A DNA stretch of 64,000 nt from Leptogorgia sarmentosa (taxonomy: Eukaryota). Where the stretch lies: NCBI GenBank assembly GCA_964658305.1, contig OZ210884.1:6510001-6574000 (forward strand). Direction: 5' to 3'. Positions 1 through 12,947 of the stretch are shown here, one piece after another (positions within the stretch are counted from its first letter, which is position 1; the number at the start of each line of letters is the position of its first letter). The translations under genes were made by a program, and so were the position numbers. Below the pieces are notes generated by a model. That model made no database searches. It had not been told where the DNA came from and saw only the letters and a list, made by a program, of their open reading frames with translations.

Positions 1-3000
1 ATGTTTCCAATTTGCTGAACGGTAATAATAATGATAAACATCGTTGCTTCCATCCACAGCCCAAACTCCTGAAATAAATAATGTTTAAAATGTTACTTCT
101 ATTTGCCATAATATTGCTCCACAGCTTGTTCCAAGTCTTTCAAAGACTGGCTGCAATTAATAACCAAAGAGAATATTTTTTTCAATAAGAAAGGATGCGG
201 GAAAAGAGATTACTAATCAATTTGTGGTTACATGAAATGTTGAAATCCCTTTTTTATTTCTTAATTTTTTTCTTTACAAATAATTCAAGTTCTCATAATA
301 AAATATTACCTGATTCACCAGCGGTAACATGTTTCATTTTCCCTTCAATCTTTTCCCATGTTTTATCAGGTTTTAAACGGAATACATTTTCATTATCATT
401 AACTGCCCACACCTCGTTTGTCAATCCTGTGTCGATTTGTTTCATGGAACCTTCGATTGATGTCCAAACCTCTAAAAATAACGAAAAAGATTTATCATTT
501 GACAGATTCCTTCACCGCGGTGATATCCTAACCTCGAAATTTAGTTTACTCGAGTTCTCGCTATCTGCACGTAATTAATATTATTGTAATGACATCGCCT
601 TGTATCTATCGCTATTTGATTGCATCTTTTCAGTATTCCATGTAAATAGTTCTAATATCATGTACGTACGCCGTTAGATATTTATTTTAGCAATTGTGAT
701 ACTTAAAAGTCCAATAGGATTTCCAAAGGTCCCTAGCCCATTATTACTTTGTAAATAATGCAAATAATTTTGTCATTTTTATCTTTTCGTGGGTAAGTAA
801 ACCTTCAAACTTCAAACTCGTAAATACTTTTAATTGAACCTTGGTCTTCTCTGTCCACATGCGTCACATACGATTGTTCAAAGCTCAAGTCTATTTAGCA
901 TAAACGCTACATATGGGAATTTCATGGGTACGAAATGCATATTCTATGATTCCATGCGGTATACGTAATCACGTGGAAGAAAGAAACGTTTGGGCTTACA
1001 TGCAGCTTACACGGAAATCCTATTTTTTTTTAACAACCATGGAAAAATCATGCCTTACTTCTCTTATCTCTTAGACTGTCTGCTGTTTTGCTTGCTGATC
1101 CATAAATATTAGATGCGTCAATTACTGAGGTAACAATATTGATTTGTTGTCTTTCTTCAGGGTACCCATCTTGATGACACATTGCCGTTGACCTGATCAG
1201 TGGTATGCAGGGTGGTTGTTTGTTTTCAAGGGGAAGAATTGGATAACACGGAGCGTCGTAATCAGTTTCAGATCCATCACAGCTGCATGACAGAACAATG
1301 AAAGGTTATTAAACTGAACAAGAAACAACGTAGTTCTATACATGGATGGATACAAAGGCGTAGTGATCTGGAAGATATACCTAGACATCCACAACTATTT
1401 TTTAATGATAAATGTAATGAAACTATATAAGAACATCGACAAACAAGCGTAGAAGTTGAAGGTGAGTGCATGGCTAAAATGTTTCTAGTGCACTTTTAGT
1501 TTTTCCACAGCACAGATTGAAACACCAGCTGCTTTTGCATGAGCTCGTTAGATAATAACTAACGTTCATTGGGTTTACGTAACGTGAGAGCTGAACTAAA
1601 GATTGCACACTCTATACAGCCCCTTTGCACAAAGAGATATATCTGATTGCACCCTGAAAAAAGTGCAGTCTCGGTCGTATTCAAAAAGTATTCAAAGAGC
1701 GCCAATTTGTTTTAATACTGGATGCCTGCACCAGTTAAACATAATAATAGTGGTGGAAATGTACTTGACTTTCTTATTTCTAAACAGAATTACCTTCTTC
1801 TTAAACATGCGTCCCTTCCAGATTCCTCTGCAGAAAATGTTAAGTCGTGGTCGAGGAATTGACCAAACTGCATCATGAGTGGAGTGAGATCTGGATCGGC
1901 CGATGAAGCGACCTCGTCTTTGATAAAATATTTGGTAACGTTGAAAGGCGAAGGTAGTGAGGGAGCATTGATTTGATTAGGAAAGTTAACTGGATCGTTC
2001 AGACCATCTGTATCGTAATATTTCTATCAGGGAAGTACAGAACACATTTCGCATCATGTTTCATTTGAGAAACAATTCTAAATTACTATCATTGTTGCAT
2101 TGCTGTCTATTTCATGAAATAAGGGTTAGAGAAATTAATGTTTAACTACTGTTGACTTGTTAAGGCCTTGTTACACCAGCACTTTTTTTGTAACTTGCAA
2201 CGCAATCAGTCTCCTGTTGAGAGATGTTAAATTGGCAAGTATGAATCTTCATTAGTCATCATGTGCATTAATTTACAATACACTTAAGAGCAAAATAGAT
2301 CTTTTCTGAAATATAAAAACAAGGTGCATGTTGGTCTAGCTTCAGTGCAAACAATTCCATATAAGGCATGATGAATAAATAATCATGCAACATGTTCGCT
2401 ATATTCCAGGCCTAAAATGTCTATCAGCAAGTTGCAAGAAAAATTGCATCGTGTAACAGGGCCTTTAAATCTGATAACTTGAAAAATAAAAAACGCCTAA
2501 AATATTCACCGCTGGTCGGATTCGTTCAAGGGGCGTTTCCGCGCCACCGCCAATTGGAAATTTCAAGTTGCTACATTTTCCATCCATGCGACGATACATA
2601 GGTTTCTTCAAGCATGTCACTGGAGTTGTGATTTCTTTACATAATGATTCCCTTTTCATTTTGGTTACAGTAGCACTCGAGAAAAGCTCAGAGTTTTGGA
2701 GGGAGGAAAGAACTGCTCCTTTACCAAAGAGAATTTCTAAACAGATAAAGCAAAATACAATAAAATAGTCGACAATTTACACACCTAAAGCTACCATTTT
2801 GTACGCAAAATCATGATATGGTTAGATAGGAAAATCATAATATATATAAATGGTCTCTGACAGATGACGTGGCATATGCACTATATACTGAATGCGATTG
2901 GGCCATGCCATACTGTGGTAAACATTGCTTTCAGGGGTGGCCTTGCGTCGTTAGTGGTTTGGGCTTTCAGCCTGAAGGCCGATACTTATCTTGCGCCCTT

Positions 3001-4367
3001 CTGAACAGTTTTCGAAAATTACTTTGCTACGAGAGTAGGAGAAAATTGATTGCACTTTTTATAATAGTTTCGCACTATTCCAGTTTCCAGTCCTCTAATC
3101 TATTTTAGTGTTCCATTATTTTGATATATGGTAGTACTTTTCGCATTGTTACTGCAATTTGATTGATAGTATGTCTATAGTTGGTTATCAACAAAAAAAT
3201 CCTCAACTGTGTAAGGGGTGGTGACTGGGGGCTAAAATCATGGGAACCAATGTGAGGTAATAACCAGTTGGGTTTAACCGCGAAACTGTATTTCGTTAGG
3301 GCAACCATACCCTGATTAAAAGATGATTAATAAAATGATTAAAAAGTTGTGTTATTTACCATAACTATGGATCACACTTTCTTTCACAACTGCGATTGCC
3401 TTTGTCACAATCTGCTCCGCTTTTGACGTGTTAGATAGTGGGTACCCTGTGGACACTTGCTGCAATATAACATCTAAAATTGCTGGAATAGATATTGTAG
3501 TCGCAGGCGTCGTGTGCATCATATTTCCCCGCGCTAGTTTAACAGCATCCAACGCATGCTTATCACCATAGTTGACGGGGAGGACCAAAACCTGTAATTC
3601 TGTAGTGGCCACTTGACCTTCTGCTGCAGCATTAATAATGAATCTTGAGTTGTTGTGACGTTTCTCGACTTCTAGCAGAAGGGTAAGATGTCCAGAGCTT
3701 GGAACGATCGCCAGAACAGTCGATGGATTGGAAAAATTGTAAATAACCCCGACAGGTGGGTTACTGACTTCTATTCTACCAATTGGGCCAGCTGGATGAC
3801 TGTTGGTTAGGATAATTGCGTATTTTTCATGCTCAAACTGTAGACCTAGCCCGAAAATAGATAATAAGATTTAACATGACGAATTAAGTAATATAGTAAA
3901 ACCACGTTGAGAACTTGTAACAGTATTCCTAGATCTGGATATAACTAAACCGAGATTTTCCCATAAACTGCAAAAGTTAGCTCAAAATATACCTCAAATA
4001 TGCATGAACTTTCGTTAGATGGGAAAAACTATACAGTTGGTTATGTTTCAAAATTCCAATCAATTTATCTCACATTTTATTAATTCTAATTCATGAAATT
4101 TATCTTCAATTTAATTTATCAGTGTTCAATAAATTCAAAAAGATCGCAATCGAATAAAATTATTCTTTAAATTAGAACTGCTATTAAAGAGAAAAACAAG
4201 GTGTAAAAGAGCAGAGTGTAAAAATTTGTCTCGTAAAGAGTAAAGACATAAATAAAAGAGTTTAATGAGGCTAGGTTCTGGGAAAAACGTGATAATTTAG
4301 GCCAACAAGACTTACCTTTGATAGATGCGAAAGAAATGTACATAAAATATATGGTAAAGAGCTTCAT
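1..4367 (-). CDS. Gene A (3' end outside window): secreted animal haem peroxidase with cadherin-like N-terminus and tectonin insertion; tandem paralog of gene B
   Basis: GT-AG exons read by eye: 4367-4316 (signal peptide MKLFTIYFMYISFASIK), 3845-3360 (cadherin-like and pro region), 2736-2510 (YRRMDGKCSNL), 2023-1794 (MMQFGQFLDHD, distal His), 1282-1059 (RQQINIVTSVIDASNIYGS...SLRDKR), 471-310 and 68-1 (tectonin repeats WTSIEGSMKQIDTG, VWAVDGSNDVY). Exon sizes 52/227/230/224 nt and phases match gene B. Confidence 0.9.
2164..2463. mobile_element. MITE, PIF/Harbinger-like, in an intron of gene A
   Basis: Imperfect terminal inverted repeats ggccttgttacac...ttttgtaacttgc / gcaagttgcaagaaaaa...gtgtaacagggcc in a TAA/TTA context. 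Confidence 0.55.
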
Positions 4368-4668
4368 CTTCCGCCTAAATATGAGGGAAAGCGAACGCGG
4401 TTTGAAGGTGGTTATCATTTTATAGTTTAATTCTAATTCATAACACAACCTATAAAAATAGCACATGTTATAATTACTGAAATTTTATAGCCACACCAGG
4501 CTTATAACAACACTGGTTCATTAGAACCACTGGAGGATATCACCAAACAAACTACCAACGAAGGACATTTGCTAGACAACGTCGAATTCTGTTTACCATT
4601 TGAATAGTGTTTTTTTATATTCCTCCCACAAAAAGAAGTGCTTGTAAAAAGAAACCGCAAAACTACTA

Positions 4669-6268
4669 CAGTGCGACCCACGGTATTAGTTTGGTACGAT
4701 ATTAGTGCATTGTAGATTACATGTTTGGAGGATTAAACATAATACGGGTGAATTTAGTTTGGTTCATGGTAGAAACAATATTGCAATGATTACATTTCAT
4801 ACTAGTCACGTGACAGCAAAATCCAGGTGTTCCTCCATAGAAGAGGTGGTCCACGCTATTAGTTTCATAAATTGCCGAGCAATATGAGAAGTAGAAAAGA
4901 CCTAACCTGAGCCAAGAAAGCCATTATTATGAAAGAAATAGCAATAACCAACACTACAAAAGCAATTTTTGAAAGATTTGATGGTCATGTTGTGACAATG
5001 ACAAGATTTTTGCAAAATCCATTCTTCAAGTGGAAATTTCATGGTAATCGCGCCATATAAAACCAGTGTCAAAGCGGGATAGAAGCTGGATAACCAGTAA
5101 GTTGTGTAAAATGCCTCCAACAGCAAGTGGAAAATTTTCCAAGATAGTTGGTCCGCTCGATGTTCCAAAAATCACTCCCAATCGTGGACCTGCGAAGACA
5201 GGTTCCATGGAGTAAATGAAGAATTGTTGACCTTTCACTGCTAGACACGATCATTTGAGGATGGAATGGGCGCGAAAATACATGAGGACGAACACAATGT
5301 TTGTTCTTTTCACTGACGAATCAAGGCCGACACTGGATGGTCCAGATGGCTGGAGTAAAGGATGTAATGAAGAATGCCCTAAGGGGATGAGACACCAACA
5401 TGGTGTTGGAGGATTATGAACAGGAGTGGAAGCATCACAGATGCACGCATTGGTCCCTTCCGTGTGCCTGAAGGTCAGAAGTTGTCTTCTGCTACGTATT
5501 GCCCTTACCTGAAGAAATCCCTTGAGTCACGGTTGGATAAACTTCCTTTAGCAACATTGAAGAAGATTACCTTAACGCATGTCATATGCAGCAAAGGCAA
5601 CAACGGAATCCCTTCAGTCGTTTGGTTTTGTGAACAAAATCGTAATGGTTTGGCAACTAAACTCGCCAAATTTGAACCCAATTGAGAACTTGTGGTGGAT
5701 AATAAAGCGTCATGTTTATATCATCTAGATGGAACCCATCTTGGCAGGTCCACGATTGCGAGTGGTTTTTGCAACATCGACCAGACCAGCTTTCTTGGAA
5801 AATTTTCCACTTGCTGCTGGAGGCATTTTACGCAACTTACTCGTTGCTCAACTCGTACCCTGCTTTGAAATTGGCTTTAATAGCTACGATCAGCATGAAA
5901 TTTCCACTTGAAGAATGGATTTTGCAAAAATCTTGTCATTGTCACAACATGACCATCAAATCTTTCAAAAATTGCTTTTGTAGTGTTGGTTATTGCTATT
6001 TCTTTCATAATAATGGCTTTCTTGACTCAGGTTAGGTCTTTTCTACTTCTCATATTGCTCGGCAATTCATGAAACTAATAGCGTGGACCACCTTTTTAAT
6101 GGAGGAACACCTGGATTTTGTTGTCACGTGACTAATATGAAATGTAATCATTGCAATATTGTTTCTACCATGAACCAAACAAAATTCACCTTTATTATGT
6201 TTAATTTTCCTCATATGTAATGTACAATGTACTAATGTCATACCAAACTAATACCGTGGGTCGCACTG
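4669..6268 (+). mobile_element. Decayed Tc1/mariner-superfamily DNA transposon (DD37E/TRT-like motifs) with about 540-bp inverted arms
   Basis: TA at both ends (4667-68, 6269-70). Termini CAGTGCGACCCACGGTATTAG / CTAATACCGTGGGTCGCACTG. Arms 4669-5208 and 5729-6268. The centre encodes frameshifted transposase motifs VLFTDESRPTLDGPDGW, GPFRVPEG and SPNLNPIENLWWIIKRHVY. Confidence 0.92.
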
Positions 6269-7263
6269 TATTATCAAACCACTAAGAAATTCTTAAAAGA
6301 GTTGTTTTGGCACTGCGGTAAAACGCGAATTTATGGCTTGTGGCAAATTAGCCTGCGATAATTGTTAATAGCTCGGAAATATTTGAAACAAACTTACATT
6401 GAATGCATTCTTTGTTCAAAGATATTTACTTTCCAACGATGTAAAATAGAAGCACTCCGCTATATGTTTTGTAAATAAGGAGCCATATTTCATTAATATA
6501 ATAGTGTACCTTTACCGTCATTTCTAAAAATTATTCCCTCATGCACATCTCAAGATCATGCACTGTTTGATTTCACGAAATCTGATTATAATTAATTTTT
6601 ACAAAGCATTTTCTGTCCAAACAAAGTAGCACAAAACCCAACGGTATAACAATGGAAGCAAACAGAAATATTTTGTACTGTATAAAGATTCCAATATAAT
6701 ATCAACTTTATTTTCTTGTTTCCAACACAGATTATTTTCATGAAAATAGCATTTTTAGAACTTACATATTCAGGTTATTATGTTACACTATATAGAAAAG
6801 TTGATGCGTTGATGACGCGCGTGATTGCGGAATCTGATTTCATGCAATCATAATTTACAACAATAAATATCGACGTGACATACGCCAGAATAAGATTAAC
6901 AAAGATATCTAATGCATCATAAGACTTTGGAAAAATGTCATTGTCATGCAAATTTGAAAAGATTAGAAGATATAGATATTAAAAAGTCTATCCACATTAT
7001 TGTTCAGTTGGATCACTGCATGACACACGGTCAGATTTGTGCACGACAAAAATGTTCATGATCACTGTATTATACGTAGTTACGCTGTTTAACAGAAAAT
7101 ATTTGACATACTAGATCCCCAGCAGTTATGAAATTTGCCTCAGGGATTTAATATATAGCGGCCGTAACTCAATAGATAGTCTTCAAAAATAAAAAATGTA
7201 TGATATAAGACGAAGCGTGACTGCTAATCCCTTTTACATTCAGTGCAGGCCGAGATCTTCTTT

Positions 7264-7788
7264 GGGGGTGTTTATATGGAGGCGAGCCAGCCCGGGTACC
7301 CGGGCTGGCTCGCTTAAGCGAGATCTAATGTCACAATATAATTTATAGTAATGTTCATCTTGCGTTTATATGGGGAACCGGGCTGGCCCGCCCAGGCGAG
7401 ATCTCGCTTTGCGAAAGCGGGATCCCGCCTAGGCGGGCTGGAAATTTTCCATATAAACGCAATTACCCGGGCTGGCTCGCCTAAGCGGGCTGGGTGTTAT
7501 TTCGCCTTTCGCGCGAATATACTGATACAAATTAGATTTTTTCGACATATATCAATCTAAAAAGGTCTCAGTAAACGATTTTGTGAATTATAACTGTGAA
7601 ATTAGCTTTCAAAAGTGTGCATTTCACGTTCGTAAGAAAATATTGCTATTTATAGCGATGAGACCAATAGTTTGTTTTGGCGAGCTAGCCCGCCTCGAAA
7701 GTCTCATGTAAACACGAGATGAAATCAGCTCGCCTAACCGGGCTAGCTCGGGTACCCCGGGCTGGCTCGCCTCCATATAAACACCCCC
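7264..7788. mobile_element. MITE with GC-rich TIRs (PIF/Harbinger-like)
   Basis: TIRs GGGGGTGTTTATATGGAGGCGAGCCAGCCCGGG / CCCGGGCTGGCTCGCCTCCATATAAACACCCCC; TTT flanks both ends; internal repeats of ccgggctggctcgc. Confidence 0.8.
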
Positions 7789-8045
7789 TTTGACAAATTT
7801 CTGTGTTGAATATGCATTCGACATTGTCATTGTGCGGTTTATATAATTGAAGTGCATTGATTTATCATGCGGAACCCATTAAACTATATTATACAAAGAC
7901 AGTATAAATGTTGATATATTTAAGCTATATTTAAGCGTTTGTATGAAATGACGGGCTTATGAAACTGTATTGATCTCATTGATCTCCTAAATACTTATAA
8001 AAAATGTTAAGTACCATGTAGCTACTGTATTAATGTTATAGTATA

Positions 8046-8462
8046 CAAATAATGAATGTTTATGAGTGCAATGGTAAGAATATTTTCATGAGGTGAAAGA
8101 TGGAATGTTCTATTCAACGAGGCGATAGCCGAGTTGAATGGAACATTCCATCTTTCACCGAATGAAAATATTCTTAACATTGCACGAATAAAAACATTCA
8201 TTATTTGTTTTATATAATACTTGTTTGTTTATATAATATTTGTTATACATAATTTGTTTTATATAAATCGCATTTACCTCACGTTGAGAATCGGGGCTAA
8301 ATAAACTGCGATCACTGTCCGAAGAGCGTTTTGAAGGATGGGAGTTACTGAAAACACAGAGTGCAATAGTACGAATACTATTGCACTCTTGGGAAATGGA
8401 ACTTTCTATTCAATATCACGTGACCATAATTAACCAATCAAACGACCTGAATGTAATGAGGT
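8046..8462. repeat. Unclassified interspersed repeat with a long terminal hairpin; second copy in opposite orientation at about 32066-32467
   Basis: Hairpin 8046-8207 (aaataatgaatgttt...aaacattcattattt) plus tail aatatcacgtgaccataattaaccaatcaaacgacctgaatgtaa, whose reverse complement occurs at about 32066-32115. Confidence 0.75.
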
Positions 8463-8900
8463 ATTATATAATATCTAATAAAGCAAGAATTACTGGCAGG
8501 TGTTTACCTGTTGTTGATATCTATACTTCAAATCTGAATTGTAATATGGCTGCACCCTGCATGTTATTTACCAATACATGCATGGATATACTATATATTA
8601 TAAATTGTTATATTAAGTTTCTTCATTATACTTATTATGGATGCGGGTTTTCTTTATATAAACAGTATATTCTACATGATATTTATTAGCAACTATTTAA
8701 TTTTAACACGAACCACGTCACAAAGAACAGATAATCAAATAACGAATAAACAAGCATGCTAACATAACTGTGGTTGACAATCAAATGTTTGACTTACCGA
8801 GCAGTTGGCTTCAGCGTGGAATCCAAATGCGTTTTGTTTGTAAAGAATTAAAATGTTCCAGTGCGTACTATTTAAAAGGCAAGAAATTTGTGGTTAATTT

Positions 8901-9046
8901 ATTCATCTACAATGCAAGACAATCATTCATCTACAATGCAAGAGAATCATTCATCTACAATGCAAGACAATCATTCATCTACAATGCAAGACAATCATTC
9001 ATCTACAATGCAAGACAATCATTCATCTACAATGCAAGACAATCAT
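8901..9046 (+). repeat. Minisatellite, 6 x 24 bp
   Basis: Unit attcatctacaatgcaagacaatc in tandem, one substitution in copy 2. Confidence 0.95.
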
Positions 9047-9414
9047 AAGCGCAACTTAATTGACTTTGTTTTTACAAGCAGGGGAGAAGATGCCATGCTG
9101 TGCCAACACGTCCGTTAGGTTTTATAATTTGCGAAACCTTTTCCAAAAATGTTCGCAGAAACTACACAACTAGTTCTACATTGTCAAAAGAAATCTGTGA
9201 CCAAGAGTTTGGTTATTTTCAAAACGCCTAATATACACCAGTCTACATATGAAGATATAGTCTTCGTTCGTGTTCATTGCGTGCCAAATTACAAGCACAT
9301 TAGTGAATATTAATTAGCATCCCGGATTGCTTTAGCACAATAGTTTTATTGTGTCCTTTTAAAATGCATTGCAATCATATTTGTATATTATCGAGACGCT
9401 GTTTGATATATGTA

Positions 9415-10466
9415 CAGGGGGTTGCCAAAAAAAAAGAGCCCCCCTATTTAAAAAGGGCTTTTTGTGTAAATGTAGACGCACATGCGGTATGGATAAAATA
9501 TATTGCCTCACAAGCATTCAACAAATAGTTCGTGCTAAAAGTGATGGGTTTCAGCCATTCTCGCTGTAATCAGTGTGAAACTGTTGCCATCGAGGAAGCA
9601 AATGAGAAGAAAGGGCTAAGAAGAAGATAGGTAGAAACCTTCAATATTGGACTCACCCCGTGCTAGACGCGAGTGCTTGGAAAGTAGCAACGAATATAGA
9701 CTCAGCTATTCTTGGGCAAAAAAAGTCGTATGAAGGAAAGTGAGAGTGCTGGATGAATGCCAGGTTCTGGAACACCGCACAAGACAAGGATTCACGAAGA
9801 CAGGCTTTTGATGAGAGAGGCTGTTAAGAGATTATCAACTCTCGAATGCTCGCCCAAATATCGCTGACCTCGCCCAGCCACTAATAAAGCGCACATATAT
9901 ATGTAACCAAATATCACCATGGACTAAAACGCCGCCTCCGCCAAAAATAAACCGAAAAATTTAATTCAAACAATCTTCAGTCCGATTACTGCAGGGAGAT
10001 AACTTAACATGGCAGCATGGCAAGGTCTCCCAGGAACGATTCGTATTGTGGAATATTATCTGAGGAATCAATTTTAATTGAAAATTGAAGTGTTCTTTTG
10101 CTAACACAAAGCCTAGACCTCAATCCCATTGAGAATTTGTTGCGGAACCAGGAGAGAAGACTAGATATGAAATGTTCATCTCGAATTGAGGAGTAGTTAT
10201 TTGAGGAGTCAGGGTTGGAAGAATAACAACCATGAATACGTTCATAAACTTGTCTAGAACATCCTTGGGTGCAGTCCACAGATCATCAAAGATTGCGGAT
10301 ATCATATTGCTTACCAAATGTTGTGTCCTTAGAGTGAAATAGGACTATTTCTCTACATCTCATTTGTCGTGCAATCCTTTTTTTACGACATAAGGAATAT
10401 GACTTGTATAAACCTTGTTTATTTCTGTGTGAGACAAGGGGGCTCTTTTTTTTTGGCAACCCCCTG
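9415..10466 (+). mobile_element. Internally deleted, decayed Tc1-like transposon
   Basis: TA flanks. TIRs CAGGGGGTTGCCAAAAAAAAAGAGCCCCCT / AGGGGGCTCTTTTTTTTTGGCAACCCCCTG. Remnant motif SLDLNPIENL near 10110-10140. Confidence 0.88.
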
Positions 10467-12947
10467 TATATACAATAGATATTAAGTTAATTAAGCTGAT
10501 ACCTGCTTTATACATTTATAAATATTTTCTGATTGAGAGTTTAGATCATTCCAGAGTTACATGCAACTCGTCTCATATGCCGAATTTCATCTCAACCAAT
10601 TTCATAACCAAACACTGGGAACGAGTTTAATATAATTTGTAGGGGTTCACGTTAAGTTATTGACGAGGCTTATATGAATATTGTGTTAAACCTTTGATTT
10701 AAAATTAAATATTATTATAAATTCTAATTTGATTGTCGTGCATGCATTGTGTACTCGCCATCTATTCCTCGATAGACAGCGAGTAGCAAGACATGAGAAT
10801 TGTCGCTAAAGAAAATGTTTTCATGTTTGATCTCTGATTCTACTAAAACAATTAGATTACTCGCTCGCTCTGGATGTCTCCTATCTTGTTTGGGGGGGGG
10901 GCACATTATTGTTTGCCCGACAGGACCTGTGGAACGACATTTGAAGTGGGGGGGGTGGGGAGTCTGACAGATAAAGGGGGGCGAAGCTCACGAGGCGTCA
11001 CCAAATGGAGATGGGAGAATTTCGCTCGCCGAGCGAGAAAATTTTAAAAATTTTGGGTCTCTAGATCGTCAGAAATGGCATTTTCAAGGTGTCATATTAT
11101 ACCTCTTTCGTTATGTAATACATATTCGATCTGAAATACTTGAGCTTTGGAATTAGAATACTTCGTATAGGATGTTTTAGAGGATAATGATTTTCATCGT
11201 ATTGTTGATGTTATATTGTCTAATAAAGTTAATATTCTATCAACTATGATGGAGTTATGTTTGCCCGAACGATTCGAGCTCAATTGCCCGACCGTGAACG
11301 GTTTGGGGGGGGGGCACAGACCCCCCCCCCCGTGCCCCCCCCCCCCCCGCCCGTACGCCCATGGGCTTCGCTCTCATCACCTATCACCTCATAGAAATCT
11401 CGAGATCGTAATCTGATTGTTAATCAGGCTTTCATCCTATTTTCAGTTTTGTGTTTTCAGCTCTACATATAGCTCAGTAATTTAGAGGTAGCTGCGCAGG
11501 AAGGAATTTTTTCAGCAGTAATAAAGGAATAAAAAGAAATGGTTTTTCGTGCAGGATAGCGGCGTGCATGCACGCGAGATATAGCAAGAGACCACATGCA
11601 CGGAAAACCATTTGGCAATTGTTTTATAAAATAATTATTGTGAATCAATGGAAAACATTTTTAAAGTTAGCTATTCACGAAATTAGCAATTCTCACAAAA
11701 ATCTTTTGTTTTGGTTTTTGACAAAAGTTTGGTTTCTTCAAAACTATATTGTAGTATTAGAAGCGTGCTTCTAAGGCGTAATAAAGTGGCGATGTCAATA
11801 AAACAAGCACAAAACAAATTTTCGTTCAATTTTTTTTGTAAAATTGTTGAAACAATTGCAGCACTGAGATTTTACATTATTTACAACTTCGTTTGATAAT
11901 TATTATGTCAGTGCATGCAACTTTAGACACACAAGTTGTACAACTACTCAATTAATCAATTCTCGACAGTTCTTTCTTGAAGAATTTTACTCCCTTAACT
12001 ATATGGAATTGTTGAAATACACAGCCTGTACGTAGCTACATTAAAGATTGTCGCTGCATCCTATAAAAAAGATAGGTATAACTCCGTAAGGGCATGGCAC
12101 TTACAACAGAATTTGCTAGTTTTATCAAAGCTATGTCGAACCTGCAGGGTTGGAAGTGGAACCACTCATTTTCTGCTCAGGAATGCTATTAGGGAATGGT
12201 TCAGATGGAAGAAATTATGACAAACATGCCTTGCATAAAATGATTGGACCTTTAACCTAATAACTAAATTTTGAAAAACTTTGAAATAGGGAAATCTGTC
12301 GCCAAAGCTTGAAGGTTAAAAAGTCCATTAATCTATTATACTCTGTTCAAAATTACAACTATCTCAGTTTATCGATGACGATTGTTATACTATACATGCA
12401 CGCCTGCATGATTGAAGTACGGTTGTTGTTTATCCTTTGTGAATTATTTTGGCACACCGTGAATTCAACTTTAGTTACTATACTTCGAAATTTGTACTGT
12501 ATATCCTACATCAATTAGTATACTTACCCCGAAAATAATACACAGCTTTTACAAAAAATCATCATTTAAGTCAAACATCAAGGTTGCCATTACCAACGCA
12601 AGCTACAAAAGTGACATAGAATAATATAATTCTCACAGTTAAAACAAGATGTTTACAAATATCCGTTTAGAAGAACATTTAGGATTTAGGATAGTAAATT
12701 ACACTATTACATAATACGCCGAACCATTGGCCGAATCTAATCAACTACGTGTAAATACTCTATATTGTATGAATTGTTATTTATATGTAAACTTTCAAAT
12801 ATTATGGTATGAATGCACAAAGACTGAACTTCCTAATTCGCCGTATTCTATATAGCAGTTGTTCAATTTTTTTATATCAATGTATTAATTTTTTGTCAGT
12901 TGCATTTTTAACAAAAAAGTAGTTGGGCAGTAGCTTTCACATAGTTG

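Noticed and set aside
195..578. 127-aa plus-strand ORF (and similar ones at 13690, 20579, 41332)
   Set aside because: Antisense shadows of real exons on the other strand.
4705..6241. Pairs of near-identical ORFs on opposite strands as duplicated genes
   Set aside because: They are translations of the two inverted arms of the Tc1 element.
8770..9118. Repetitive ORFs (SFIYNARQ / SSTMQDNH)
   Set aside because: By-products of a 24-bp minisatellite that is open in two frames; no splice or domain support.
10921..11363. G/C homopolymer tracts as G-quadruplex regulators (also near 23000 and 41150)
   Set aside because: They resemble the poly-G/poly-C subterminal tracts of the hAT-type MITEs in this window; no independent evidence of function.
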